DNA of 64,000 nt, from assembly GCA_023898805.1 (NCBI GenBank), contig CP060260.1, positions 849,656 through 913,655 on the forward strand, in the 5' to 3' direction. The DNA is from Rhodospirillales bacterium. GTDB taxonomy: Bacteria; Pseudomonadota; Alphaproteobacteria; Micavibrionales; UBA1664. A program made the position numbers and the translations under genes. The notes under the pieces are model-generated. The model was not told where the DNA came from. It worked only from the letters and a program-made list of their open reading frames with translations, and did not search any database. Of this stretch, positions 38,252-48,057 are shown one piece after another. Numbering within the stretch: position 1 is the first letter of the stretch; each line of letters begins with the position of its first letter.

Positions 38252-40881
38252 CCCTGCCGACCGACGACCGCTTCGTCTACCAGACCAACCTGCTGAATAC
38301 GGCGGGCGGCATCGACATCGACGTCGTCCCGGCATGGACCGATTATACCGGCGCGGGCGTCAGCATCGCCTTGATTGACGATGGCTTCGACCTTGCCCAC
38401 CCTGACCTCGCGGGCCGGTTCGACCTTGCGGCCAGTTACGATTTCGCCGGGTCCGACCCGCTGCCGCAGGCGGAAACCGGCGACGACCACGGCACCGCCA
38501 TTGCCGGTATCGCGGCCGCCGCGCGCAACGGCGTGGGCATTGTCGGCGTCGCCTATGACGCGACGCTCGTGGGCCTGCGCGTCAGCTTTACCGCCGACGA
38601 TTCCACCGACCAGTTCACCGCCGCGATGACGCACATGGTGGATAACGACATCGCCAGCAATTCCTGGGGCTATGCCGGGGCCTTTGCCGACAATTACGCC
38701 GATGGGTGGCTGGACGGCCAGCGCGCGGCGATCGAGGACGCCGCCTTCAACGGGCGCGGCGGGTTGGGCACCGTCATCCTGTTCGCCGCCGGAAACGGCG
38801 GCAACAGCGCGGACCGCGTTGATTACCACAGTGTCACCGCCGACCCGCACGTCATCGCTGTGGGCGCGATGACCGCCACCGGCGCCGCCGCGTCTTTCAG
38901 CAACCCCGGCGCGGCACTGCTCGTTTCCGCCCCCGGGCAAAGCATCCCGACCGACGACGTATCCGGCGCGGGCGGCTATTTCCCGGGCGATTACGTCAGC
39001 CTTTCCGGCACCTCCGCCGCGACGCCGGAGGTTTCGGGAATCGTCGCCCTGATGCTGGAGGCGAACCCGAATCTCGGCTACCGCGACGTGCAGGAAATCC
39101 TCGCCTATTCCGCCCGCGCGACCGGCGCGGTCAGCGACTGGCAGACCAACGGCGCAGACAACTGGAACGGCACCGGCCTTCATTTTTCGCACAGCGTCGG
39201 CTTCGGACTGGTCGATGCCCTTGCCGCCGTACGCCTTGCCGAAACATGGACCACGACACATACGGAGGCCAATCTTCGTACCATCGACCAGACGTACACC
39301 GGCCCGGCCGTGCCGATCCCGGACGGAACGGGCCGCATTGATTCAACCATCACAATTTCCGGCGATTTGATTCTCGATCATGTGCAGGTAAGCGTCGACA
39401 TCACCCACGCCGCCGCCGCGCAACTTGACATCGCCTTGATCTCGCCCTCAGGCACGCGCTCGATATTGATGAGCGCGGCGCCCGTGACCGGCGCAATGTC
39501 GGAATTCACCTTTACCACCGTCGCCGACTGGGGCGAGCATGCCACGGGCGTTTGGACGCTGGAGGTCGCGGACCACACCGCCGGCACGGCGGGAATCCTG
39601 AACGGCTGGTCGATTAATCTTCAGGGCGATGCCGCAACCAACAATAATCTATATGTTTATACTGACGAAAACACCAACCCGATTGCGGTAACCGATTCCA
39701 ACGGCGGCACCGACACGATCAACGCGGCCGCGATCTCGCACGCGCTGACGCTCGACCTTGCCGCGCGCACCGGCATCGAAAACCTCGACACCGGCGACGG
39801 CAACGACACGGTATACGGCTCCGCGCTCGACAACGTCATCGACACCGGGCGCGGCAACGACACGATCTACGCTTCGGTGGGTTCGGACACCATCGACGGC
39901 GGCGCGGGAACAGACACGTACATCACCGAATCCGTATTCAACCACAATGTCGCGGTCGATGCGGACGGCACCGTCACCCTGACCAGTCTTGATACCGGCA
40001 TCGCCACCCATCTTTTAAACATCGAAAACTTTGTTTTCGCGGGTGTTTCCTACGACCTGCCCTCTCTGGCCGCCGCCTCGCGCAGCGGCGATCTGGTCGA
40101 CGTCATCTATTTCATCCACGGCGCGGCGGGCATCGCGGGAATGCATTCCGATACGCTTGGCCACACCGCCTACGAGGCCGGAACGCTGGGCGTCGGCGGC
40201 ACCGGCACCGTGCTGCTGGCCGACCGCGAGGGCAACCACCTGACCCTGACCAACAATGCGGGACAGGATCTTTCGGGCCTTTCCATGCGCATGGACGACG
40301 GTCTGGCGGTGACGTTGCACGGATTTATCGAAGTCACCGTAATCGCCGACGGCACCAGCGCGACCAGCGTCGATATCGGCGGCGGACAGCAGGGGTTCAT
40401 CCAGACCGGCGCGGGCGGCGACACGGTCAATTTTCTGGGCTTTCTGATCGACCCGCACATCCCCGCGCAGGATCGCACCCTGACCGCCAACACCAATGAC
40501 GGAAACGACCGCGTCACCGTCACCGATCGTTCGGGTTATATCGCCTATGACATCGACCTTGGTTCGGGCGACGACACGTTCACCGCCATCGGCACGCCCG
40601 GCGGCACGGTCCACGGCGGCGACGGTGCCGATACCTTTGCCTTTGGCGCGGGCGCGCAAAATGCGGTGATCGACGATTTCAACCCGCTGCTCGACCATCT
40701 CGACCTTTCAGCCCTGACCGCCGCGCATCAAGGCGCGATAGACGGTTTCCTGACCCTGACCACCAGCCAGAACGCGACCACGGTATCGGTCGGCGGCACG
40801 AACGTCGCGACGCTTGCGGGCACGGTCCTCGACCAGACCTTGCAGCATTACCTCGACACCGGCGTGGTCATTGTCGATTGA
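38248..40881 (+). CDS. Secreted subtilisin-like (S8) protease with proprotein-convertase P-domain and RTX-type Ca-binding repeats
   Basis: The catalytic triad contexts are IALIDDGFD, DDHGTAIAGIAAA and GTSAATPEVSGIVALM. The P-domain includes GVWTLEVADHTAGTAGILNGWSINLQG. GxGNDT/GGxGxD repeats follow, ending GGDGADTFAFG. There is no N-terminal signal peptide. Confidence 0.85.
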   Translation: MTLPTDDRFVYQTNLLNTAGGIDIDVVPAWTDYTGAGVSIALIDDGFDLAHPDLAGRFDLAASYDFAGSDPLPQAETGDDHGTAIAGIAAAARNGVGIVGVAYDATLVGLRVSFTADDSTDQFTAAMTHMVDNDIASNSWGYAGAFADNYADGWLDGQRAAIEDAAFNGRGGLGTVILFAAGNGGNSADRVDYHSVTADPHVIAVGAMTATGAAASFSNPGAALLVSAPGQSIPTDDVSGAGGYFPGDYVSLSGTSAATPEVSGIVALMLEANPNLGYRDVQEILAYSARATGAVSDWQTNGADNWNGTGLHFSHSVGFGLVDALAAVRLAETWTTTHTEANLRTIDQTYTGPAVPIPDGTGRIDSTITISGDLILDHVQVSVDITHAAAAQLDIALISPSGTRSILMSAAPVTGAMSEFTFTTVADWGEHATGVWTLEVADHTAGTAGILNGWSINLQGDAATNNNLYVYTDENTNPIAVTDSNGGTDTINAAAISHALTLDLAARTGIENLDTGDGNDTVYGSALDNVIDTGRGNDTIYASVGSDTIDGGAGTDTYITESVFNHNVAVDADGTVTLTSLDTGIATHLLNIENFVFAGVSYDLPSLAAASRSGDLVDVIYFIHGAAGIAGMHSDTLGHTAYEAGTLGVGGTGTVLLADREGNHLTLTNNAGQDLSGLSMRMDDGLAVTLHGFIEVTVIADGTSATSVDIGGGQQGFIQTGAGGDTVNFLGFLIDPHIPAQDRTLTANTNDGNDRVTVTDRSGYIAYDIDLGSGDDTFTAIGTPGGTVHGGDGADTFAFGAGAQNAVIDDFNPLLDHLDLSALTAAHQGAIDGFLTLTTSQNATTVSVGGTNVATLAGTVLDQTLQHYLDTGVVIVD

Positions 40882-41067
40882 GATGGATTTTACCAATCCC
40901 TCATGAAAAACCTTGACGCATCCCCTCTTGCACTGCTTCTCCAAGGCTGAACGGATGCCCAGAATGCGTACGTCTGAGATTATGGATGCTTTAGAGTATG
41001 ATTTTTACGTGAGCGATAGGTTAAATTCATACAGAGTCGCGCCACGCTTTATGCAGGTAATCAAAAA

Positions 41068-41790
41068 ATGGGGCTATTCCAGAAATTAGCAGCAGAGATC
41101 GACAAGAACTATGCGGTACTTGGCCATCAAAGTTGCTGGACGTTTTTGTATACGCCTCAAGAAACCTTCCGCACCAATCAAAAACTCGCTTTCATCGGCT
41201 TAAATCCCGGAGGCGCCGCCGATCAAAATTATAAAAATTTAATTTCCTGCGAGGATGGAAACGCATATCTCGTATCTGACTGGGAGAACGGATACCCACC
41301 AAGAAACAGCCCCCTACAATTACAGATCCAAGCACTTTACAAAGGAATTGCCAGCCATCGCCCACAAGAAGATTACGAAAAAATGATGAATGATTCGCTG
41401 GCCATGAATTTCATTCCCTATAGATCTCAAAGCTTTGCAAAACTCAAAAACAAGAACGAAACACTAAAATTTTGCCAAGGACTTTTGGAGGAAAGCTTAG
41501 AATACACTCAGCCGCAAGTAACAATCACCATGGATAAACTTGCATACGCTGCCGTGATAAAGGCGTTTAAAAAACTTTATCCAGACACCGAGATACAAAC
41601 CGAGCACGAACAAATAGGTTGGGGAAAAGTCGAATATGAAATCACCACGCTTTTGGATGCTCAGAAAAGACTTATAGTCAGGATACCGCACCTTTCTCGC
41701 TACAAAATCTTTAACTGTGAGAAATGCAAACCACAGATAAAAAGAATTACAAAAATCATCTCGGACAGCATCTCCAGAAACTGTCGCTAA
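41068..41790 (+). CDS. Orphan low-GC gene, candidate uracil-DNA-glycosylase-superfamily fold
   Basis: 240 aa. The motif order is AFIGLNPGG (aa 41-49), AMNFIPYRS (aa 112-120), VTITMDKLA, then RIPHLSRY (aa 205-212). This parallels the UDG-superfamily GxNPG ... NxxxxR ... HPS layout. Assigned by eye only. Confidence 0.4.
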   Translation: MGLFQKLAAEIDKNYAVLGHQSCWTFLYTPQETFRTNQKLAFIGLNPGGAADQNYKNLISCEDGNAYLVSDWENGYPPRNSPLQLQIQALYKGIASHRPQEDYEKMMNDSLAMNFIPYRSQSFAKLKNKNETLKFCQGLLEESLEYTQPQVTITMDKLAYAAVIKAFKKLYPDTEIQTEHEQIGWGKVEYEITTLLDAQKRLIVRIPHLSRYKIFNCEKCKPQIKRITKIISDSISRNCR

Positions 41791-41842
41791 AATTCGAATA
41801 AACTGAAAAGCTATGTCCAATGATTAGGGCCCGGACCCTACA

Positions 41843-42289
41843 TTACGCCTTGCGGCTCCAGCCGCTCGCATCCTGCTGCCAATACGACAATTCATGCCCG
41901 GCATCCTTGTAGCCGCGCCACAGACTGCGCGCGCCCTCGACCTGCGCCGCGTCATTCCCGTCCAGCATGAGGCAGCAAAGCGTGTACGCCTCAATTTCAT
42001 CCGGCGTACACCCTACGCCGAGGATCAGGGTTTTTGCGCCGTTGGGGTTGTCGTTCTCGGTGCTCAGCCATACCGGCTGACGATCCGCCGCCCCGTCCGC
42101 CGCAGAACCGTGTGGCAGGAACGCATCGGCCTTGAAAGTCCAAAGCGCGTTGTTCATCGCCTCGACCCGTGCGGCGTCCGGCAGGCGCACAACCACGCGC
42201 TGTCCGGCCTGCCACGCCTTGAACGCGAGCAGGGGTAGGGCATCCTCCTCCCGGCTGCGTTGCAGATGGTAAAAACGGATCTCGGTCAC
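41843..42289 (-). CDS. holC: DNA polymerase III subunit chi
   Basis: The GTG start at 42289 (VTEIRFYHL) lies 13 nt after the pepA stop, in the classical pepA-holC arrangement. The product is about 148 aa. Confidence 0.8.
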   Translation of the reverse strand: MTEIRFYHLQRSREEDALPLLAFKAWQAGQRVVVRLPDAARVEAMNNALWTFKADAFLPHGSAADGAADRQPVWLSTENDNPNGAKTLILGVGCTPDEIEAYTLCCLMLDGNDAAQVEGARSLWRGYKDAGHELSYWQQDASGWSRKA

Positions 42290-42302
42290 GCGCTTGATCC
42301 CC

Positions 42303-43763
42303 TTACGCGTCCTGCGCCCACTGCGAAAGCAGCCGCACGCCGAACCCCGTGGCTCCGCGCGGGCACAAAGGTGCGTCGGCACGCGCGACCATAACCGGCG
42401 CCATGTCCACATGCGCCCATTTGACGCCTTTTTCGACGAAACGCTGCAAAAACGCCGCGGCGGTGCATGACCCGCCGTAACGCGTTGCCGCCGCGTTTTT
42501 CATGTCCGCGATGTTGGAATCCATAGCCCGGTCGAATGCCTTATCCAGCGGCATGCGCCATACACGGTCGCCGGTCTGGTGCGAAGCCGCCTCCAGCGCG
42601 TCGCGCATCACATCGTCGTTGGAAAACAGGCCCGCGAACTCCTCGCCCAGCGCGACCATCGCGGCCCCGGTCAGGGTCGCAATATCGACCATGGCGCGCG
42701 GCTTGTACGTCTTTTGTACGTGCCACATCGCATCGCACAGCACCAGCCGCCCCTCGGCATCGGTGTTCGTAACCTCGATCGTCTGGCCGGACAGGCTTTT
42801 CAGGATGTCGGAAGGCCTGTACCCGTCGTCCGAGATCATGTTTTCGGCCAGCGCCAGCGCCGCGACCACATGCACCTTGGCGCGCGATGCAGCCAGCGCC
42901 AGCATCGCCCCGGCGACCGCCGCCGCGCCCGCCATGTCGCATTTCATTTCCAGCATCCCGTCGCTGGGTTTGATCGAATACCCGCCCGTGTCGAAGGTGA
43001 TGCCCTTGCCGACCAGCGCTACCGGCGCGCCTTTGACGCCAGCGCCCTTATATTCCATGACCACAAGGCGCGGCTTGTGCGCGCTTGCGCGGCCAACGGC
43101 CAGCATCGCGCCGAACCCTTTTTTCGCCAGCTGCTTTTCGTCCAGAACCGTGACCTTGACGCCCAGCGGCCGCAATTTGCCCACGACCCGCCGCGCAAAA
43201 CTTTCGGGATAGATGACATTGGCCGGTTCGTTGACAAGGTCGCGCGCGAAATGCACCGCCGCCGCGCTCTTGGCCATCGGAGCGTACGCCCGCTGTGCAA
43301 CCGCCCCGGCACCGAATGTGACGCTGTCGGGTAGATGCTGGTCCTTGTTTTTGGTCTGGTAGGCCCGGAATTCATACCCCCGCAGCGCCGCCCCCGATGC
43401 CAGCGCCGCGATCTCGTCGGCCCCGGTTGCCCCGGCCTGCGAAAAATCGACGAAGATATCCCGCACCGGCAATTGCATCGCCGCGCCCAAAATCCTGCCG
43501 CCCGCGATTTCCAGCGCCAGCGCCGTGCGCGCCTTGCGCGGGCCAAGACCGCAAAGCCCGACCCGCCCGGTCTTCGCCCCGGGCACTACCGCGGTGACGA
43601 TCGCGCCGCCCTCGCCCTTGAAATCCGGGTTGGCCTTAAGAATCGCGCGGATCGCCGCCGCGTGCGGGCCGGCGGCCTTGCGTGCCTCCCCCTCGCATAC
43701 CGCGATCAGGTAAAGGTCCGTGTCTTTGGCAGGTTTAGGTGAAAAGCCGATCTTCATATCCAT
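42303..43763 (-). CDS. pepA: Leucyl aminopeptidase (M17)
   Basis: Contains the M17 motifs VGKGITFDTGG and NTDAEGRLVL. Confidence 0.9.
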   Translation of the reverse strand: MDMKIGFSPKPAKDTDLYLIAVCEGEARKAAGPHAAAIRAILKANPDFKGEGGAIVTAVVPGAKTGRVGLCGLGPRKARTALALEIAGGRILGAAMQLPVRDIFVDFSQAGATGADEIAALASGAALRGYEFRAYQTKNKDQHLPDSVTFGAGAVAQRAYAPMAKSAAAVHFARDLVNEPANVIYPESFARRVVGKLRPLGVKVTVLDEKQLAKKGFGAMLAVGRASAHKPRLVVMEYKGAGVKGAPVALVGKGITFDTGGYSIKPSDGMLEMKCDMAGAAAVAGAMLALAASRAKVHVVAALALAENMISDDGYRPSDILKSLSGQTIEVTNTDAEGRLVLCDAMWHVQKTYKPRAMVDIATLTGAAMVALGEEFAGLFSNDDVMRDALEAASHQTGDRVWRMPLDKAFDRAMDSNIADMKNAAATRYGGSCTAAAFLQRFVEKGVKWAHVDMAPVMVARADAPLCPRGATGFGVRLLSQWAQDA

Positions 43764-43818
43764 CCCTCAAGCGTGTATGGTCCCGTGCGAAAGGATATAA
43801 CCCTGACGGGCGGGGTCA

Positions 43819-44988
43819 ATGTTTCAGATTTACGACCGCTATATATTGCGCCAGTTGATGCTTGCGACGCTGATCGTCGCGGGCGGACTGTCCATGATCA
43901 TCCTGCTTACCCAGTCGCTCAAGCTGATCGAACTGGTGTTGGAATCGAACGCCTCGGCCCAATCCTTCCTGATCATGATGGCTCTGTCCCTGCCGCGCTT
44001 TTTTGAATCCGTGCTGCCGGCCGCGGTGCTGATCGCAACTCTGTTCGTCTTTCACCGCCTTGCGATGGACTCGGAACTGGTGGTGCTGCGCGCGGCGGGC
44101 ACGTCCCCCCTGCGGCTGGCCAGACCGGTGTTGACGGGCACAGGCCTGCTCATCGCGGGGTTGCTTGTCCTTTCCCTCTGGGTTTCGCCGATCGGCATTG
44201 CCAAGGTTCAAAACCTGCGTAAGGAAATCCGGGCCCAGTACGCGCACCTGATGTTCCGCGAGGGGATCTTCAACACCGTTGGCCCCAACCTGACCGCCTA
44301 TGTCAACAAGCGCGCGCCCGATGGCCGCCTGGTCGGCCTGATGGTCCATGACACCCGCACGGTGGCGAATGGCGGTCCGGCGGTGACCATCGTCGCGCGA
44401 TCTGGCAACATCGTCACTGAAAAAAAAGGACAAAAGATCATCGTCTACGATGGCTCGCGTCAGGAGCTCAATCCGCGCACCGACAAATTTTCTCGGCTCG
44501 ACTTCTCGCAATATACCCTCGACATGCCAGATGAAACCGGCACCATCGACGAGCGTTGGCGCGAACCCGATGAGCGTACGCTTGGCCAGTTGATCGGCCC
44601 GGTTTCGCTGGCGGATTCCTCGCCCGACGACAGGCTTCAGTTCCGGGCCGAGTTGAACCGCCGCTTTTCTACTCCGGTTTTGATGCTTGCCTTCGCGCTC
44701 ATGAGCGCCACCGCCCTGTTGCTCGGCCCTTTTCGCCGCGGCGGACAGATGCCATTGATCGGCGCCGCCGCCGTGTTCGCGCTGACTTTGCAGGGGGCTT
44801 ATCTAGTCTGCTTTTCGCTGGCCAAGAAAACCTTGCTTGGCTGCGTGTTGATGTACGTCGTGGCGGGCTTGCCGGTGCTGATCGCCCTGTTTTTCCTGAC
44901 CCCGCCCGGAGAACGCATCATCGCGCAAGCCGCGCGGCTTTGGCACCGTCTGCTGCATCATGACCTGCCGCGCCGGAGGGATGTATGA
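43819..44988 (+). CDS. lptF: LPS export ABC permease LptF
   Basis: YjgP/YjgQ family with a typical N-terminus (IYDRYILRQLM). It is paired with lptG. Confidence 0.85.
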   Translation: MFQIYDRYILRQLMLATLIVAGGLSMIILLTQSLKLIELVLESNASAQSFLIMMALSLPRFFESVLPAAVLIATLFVFHRLAMDSELVVLRAAGTSPLRLARPVLTGTGLLIAGLLVLSLWVSPIGIAKVQNLRKEIRAQYAHLMFREGIFNTVGPNLTAYVNKRAPDGRLVGLMVHDTRTVANGGPAVTIVARSGNIVTEKKGQKIIVYDGSRQELNPRTDKFSRLDFSQYTLDMPDETGTIDERWREPDERTLGQLIGPVSLADSSPDDRLQFRAELNRRFSTPVLMLAFALMSATALLLGPFRRGGQMPLIGAAAVFALTLQGAYLVCFSLAKKTLLGCVLMYVVAGLPVLIALFFLTPPGERIIAQAARLWHRLLHHDLPRRRDV

Positions 44989-46088
44989 AGATTCTGGGCA
45001 CCAACCGCCTGCTTTCACGCTACCTGACGATGATCTTTTTGCGCATGTTCGCGCTGATGCTCGGCGGGTTGCTGGCGATCGTCTATCTTTTCGACACGCT
45101 TGAACTGCTGCGTCGCGCCGATGGGCGCGGCGATGTCGGCCTCGGCCTGCTGATGAAGATGGGCCTTTATAAATTGCCGGAAGTCGGCCAGATGCTGCTG
45201 CCCTTCGCGATATTGTTCGCGGCGATGGCATCGTTCTGGTGGCTTGCCCGCAGGCATGAGCTGACCGCCATGCGCGCGGCAGGATATTCGGCATGGCAGT
45301 TCGTGGCCCCCCTGGTGACCGCGGCGATGGCGATCGGGTTCATCCACATCATGCTGATCCACCCGCTGACCGCCCGCGCGATCCAGCATTATCAAGGCCT
45401 TGAAGCCGAGTATCTGGGCCAGCACCGTAAACTGGTCACCGTTTCGCAACAGGGTCTGTGGTTGCGCGAGGCGGATTCAGGCGGCGAGGTTATCATTCAC
45501 GCCGACAGCGTGGCCTTGGGCGACTGGACGCTCAAAGGCGTAACGGCGCTGTTTTACGACGAAGTGGGCGACTTCACCCGCCGCCTTGACGCGCAATCGG
45601 CCCTCCTCCAGCCCGGTCGCTGGGTCTTCCACAACGCCACGATCCGCGAAACGGGCACTCCTGCCCAGTTCTACCCAGCCTATACATTGGCCACCGAACT
45701 GACTCTGGCGGACATTCAGGAAAGCTTTTCCGACCCCGACACCATCTCGTTCTGGCAATTGCCGGCCTTCATTCACACACTTAAGGACACCGGCCTAGAA
45801 ACCGCGCCAATGGAGGTTTATTACCAATCCCTGCTGGCCCAGCCGTTGTTGCTGGCCGCGATGATCCTGCTGGCCGCCACCGTCTCGTTGCGCCCGCCAC
45901 GTTTCCAGCGCGCCTTGTTCATGGTCCTAACCGGCATGACGTCGGGGTTCGTCGTTTTTTTCATGTCGTCATTCCTGCGCGCATTGGGCGGTTCGCACCA
46001 GCTTCCGGTCGTGCTGGCGGCATGGTCGACGGGGGTGATCGTCCTGCTAGGTTCCGTAACATGGCTCCTGAATACGGAAGACGGGTAA
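44985..46088 (+). CDS. lptG: LPS export ABC permease LptG
   Basis: YjgP/YjgQ family. Its start overlaps the lptF stop. Confidence 0.85.
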   Translation: MKILGTNRLLSRYLTMIFLRMFALMLGGLLAIVYLFDTLELLRRADGRGDVGLGLLMKMGLYKLPEVGQMLLPFAILFAAMASFWWLARRHELTAMRAAGYSAWQFVAPLVTAAMAIGFIHIMLIHPLTARAIQHYQGLEAEYLGQHRKLVTVSQQGLWLREADSGGEVIIHADSVALGDWTLKGVTALFYDEVGDFTRRLDAQSALLQPGRWVFHNATIRETGTPAQFYPAYTLATELTLADIQESFSDPDTISFWQLPAFIHTLKDTGLETAPMEVYYQSLLAQPLLLAAMILLAATVSLRPPRFQRALFMVLTGMTSGFVVFFMSSFLRALGGSHQLPVVLAAWSTGVIVLLGSVTWLLNTEDG

Positions 46089-46156
46089 AAACCATGGAAT
46101 GCGTCGACATCCCCCGTTGACGCACCTTGTGGAATTGTTAATCTGAAGCTGGATCA

Positions 46157-46195
46157 TTTTAAGGGCCTGTTAAGGCCCTTTCTGTAATTTTTATA
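46157..46195 (+). terminator. Probable terminator after lptG
   Basis: aagggcc-tgttaa-ggccctt forms a 7-bp stem followed by tctgtaattttt. Confidence 0.5.
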
Positions 46196-46233
46196 CGGAA
46201 TATGAATTCCGTAACCACTTGGGGGAATCAACC

Positions 46234-46995
46234 ATGAATACCAAAACCGCACGCGCCCGGCTGGCCAAGATCGCTTTCACCGGCACTGCCGCGCTGCTGC
46301 TTGCGGCCTGTGCGTCGATGCCGCACCCCGCCACCGCCGACCCATCCGCGGTCAGCGACCCGCTGGAACCGGTCAACCGCGTCACGATGTCTTTCAACCG
46401 CGTGCTCGACAAGGTGGTCTTTAATCCACTCGACACCGTTTACCGCACGCTGGTGCCGCAAATCGGCCGCGATGCCGTGCACAACGTGCTTGCCAACCTT
46501 AAAAGCCCGGTTTACCTCGCGAACGAGCTGCTGCAGGGCGACTTGAAAGGCGCCGGCACCGTGGTTCAGCGCTTTATGATCAACACCTTCGTCGGCGGTG
46601 GCGGCCTTGTGGACGTCGCGGCCAAGACCGGCATGCCCGGCGAACCGGAAGATTTTGGACAAACCCTCGCCGTATGGGGCGTTGGCAACGGTCCTTATAT
46701 CGTCTGGCCGATTCTCGGGCCCTCGACGCTGCGCGACTCGGCCGGCTTCGTTGGCGACATCGCGATGGACCCGATCTACTGGTACGCTCGCAACACCGAT
46801 AAACCGGGCCTGCAATGGACTCGTGCCGGCCTGACGCTGGTTGACGCCAAGGACCGCACCCGCGACGTGATGGACGATGTCTATCGCAATTCCGGTGACC
46901 CTTACGCGGTGCTGAAAAGCATTTATATCCAGCGTCGAAACGCGATGATCGACAAATCGGGTTCGAAAAGCGCGCCGTTGCCGACGATCGAATGA
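46234..46995 (+). CDS. mlaA: MlaA/VacJ-family outer-membrane lipoprotein
   Basis: Has a lipobox (LLLAACAS) and VacJ motifs (DPLEPVNR, GWGVGNGPYIVWPILGPSTLRD). Confidence 0.85.
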   Translation: MNTKTARARLAKIAFTGTAALLLAACASMPHPATADPSAVSDPLEPVNRVTMSFNRVLDKVVFNPLDTVYRTLVPQIGRDAVHNVLANLKSPVYLANELLQGDLKGAGTVVQRFMINTFVGGGGLVDVAAKTGMPGEPEDFGQTLAVWGVGNGPYIVWPILGPSTLRDSAGFVGDIAMDPIYWYARNTDKPGLQWTRAGLTLVDAKDRTRDVMDDVYRNSGDPYAVLKSIYIQRRNAMIDKSGSKSAPLPTIE

Positions 46996-47190
46996 CGGCG
47001 ACATAAGGCGGCGGGCATAACTTACGGGGAATCCGCCCCGTAATGTGACGCCCCGTAATGTGTGACCCTTTGCCGCTTGATCGCTGCCACGATTGCCTTA
47101 TAAATGACCGTACTGTTCATAGGGCCGCCCTAAAGCGGCCCTAATGACGTGTTGCGATAGGATTGCCGAACCAAAGACTGGACGACACCG

Positions 47191-47901
47191 ATGAAAACGC
47201 CCGTGATAAAAATACAAGCACGCCTGCCCATGCGACTGCTCACGCTGGTCTTGCCGTTCCTGGCCGCCGCCGCAACGGTTTCTCTGCCCGCGGCATCGTC
47301 CGTGGCTGCACCGCTTTTTGTCCCGGCCCAGGGCCTTCACGTCCAGCCGGTGGCCCAAGACCCCGGCGCGGCGGCGCAGGCCTTGATCCAGAAACTGGGC
47401 GACACCGCGACCAGCGCCCTGTCGGACCAATCGTTGAACGATACCGGCCGCATGTCCTTGTTCCGCAAGATTCTGGCCGCGCATTTCGATACGCCGCTGG
47501 TCGCCCGTTTTGCTGCCGGACGCTACTGGCGCGCCGCGACCCCGCAGCAACAAAGCGAGTACGTCAAACTTTATCAACAGATGATTCTCAACGTCTATTC
47601 GGCGCGGTTCAAAAACTACTCCGGCCAGAAATTCACGGTCACCGGTGACCGGGCGGACGGCGCGTCCGGCGACATCATCGTTACCTCGCAAGTCACAGGC
47701 AAGGGCAGCCCGATCACGGTTGACTGGCGCGTACGCAATACCGGCGGCGCCGACAAGATCATCGACGTGATGGTGGAAGGGGTCAGCATGGCGATCACCC
47801 AACGCAATGACTTCGCAAGCGTGATCCAGCAAGGCGGCGGCCAATTTACGGCGCTGATCGACTATCTGCGCGACGGCGGCACCAGCGACGTTAAGGATTG
47901 A
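47191..47901 (+). CDS. MlaC/Ttg2D-family periplasmic phospholipid-binding protein
   Basis: Has a signal peptide and the Ttg2D-like motif LVARFAAGRYWRAATPQQQSEYVKLYQQMILNVYSARF. Confidence 0.75.
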   Translation: MKTPVIKIQARLPMRLLTLVLPFLAAAATVSLPAASSVAAPLFVPAQGLHVQPVAQDPGAAAQALIQKLGDTATSALSDQSLNDTGRMSLFRKILAAHFDTPLVARFAAGRYWRAATPQQQSEYVKLYQQMILNVYSARFKNYSGQKFTVTGDRADGASGDIIVTSQVTGKGSPITVDWRVRNTGGADKIIDVMVEGVSMAITQRNDFASVIQQGGGQFTALIDYLRDGGTSDVKD

Positions 47902-48057
47902 TCCGCCTTCACCGCTCCAAAATCCGGTTTTGTTAAGCTTTTTGAAGCGAAAAACTTGCGTTTTTAAGGCGTTTTGCCTATATAATTTTACCATTCCATA
48001 TTAGGAAAACTTTAAGCGCCAACATGTATAACAAAAAGGCGTAGCAAGGGGTGTGAA

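Noticed and set aside
47956-47986. Possible sigma-70 promoter (TTGCGT ... TATAAT) upstream of the 48058 gene
   Set aside because: The spacer is 19 bp and the -35 is weak. This is not enough support to call a promoter from sequence alone.
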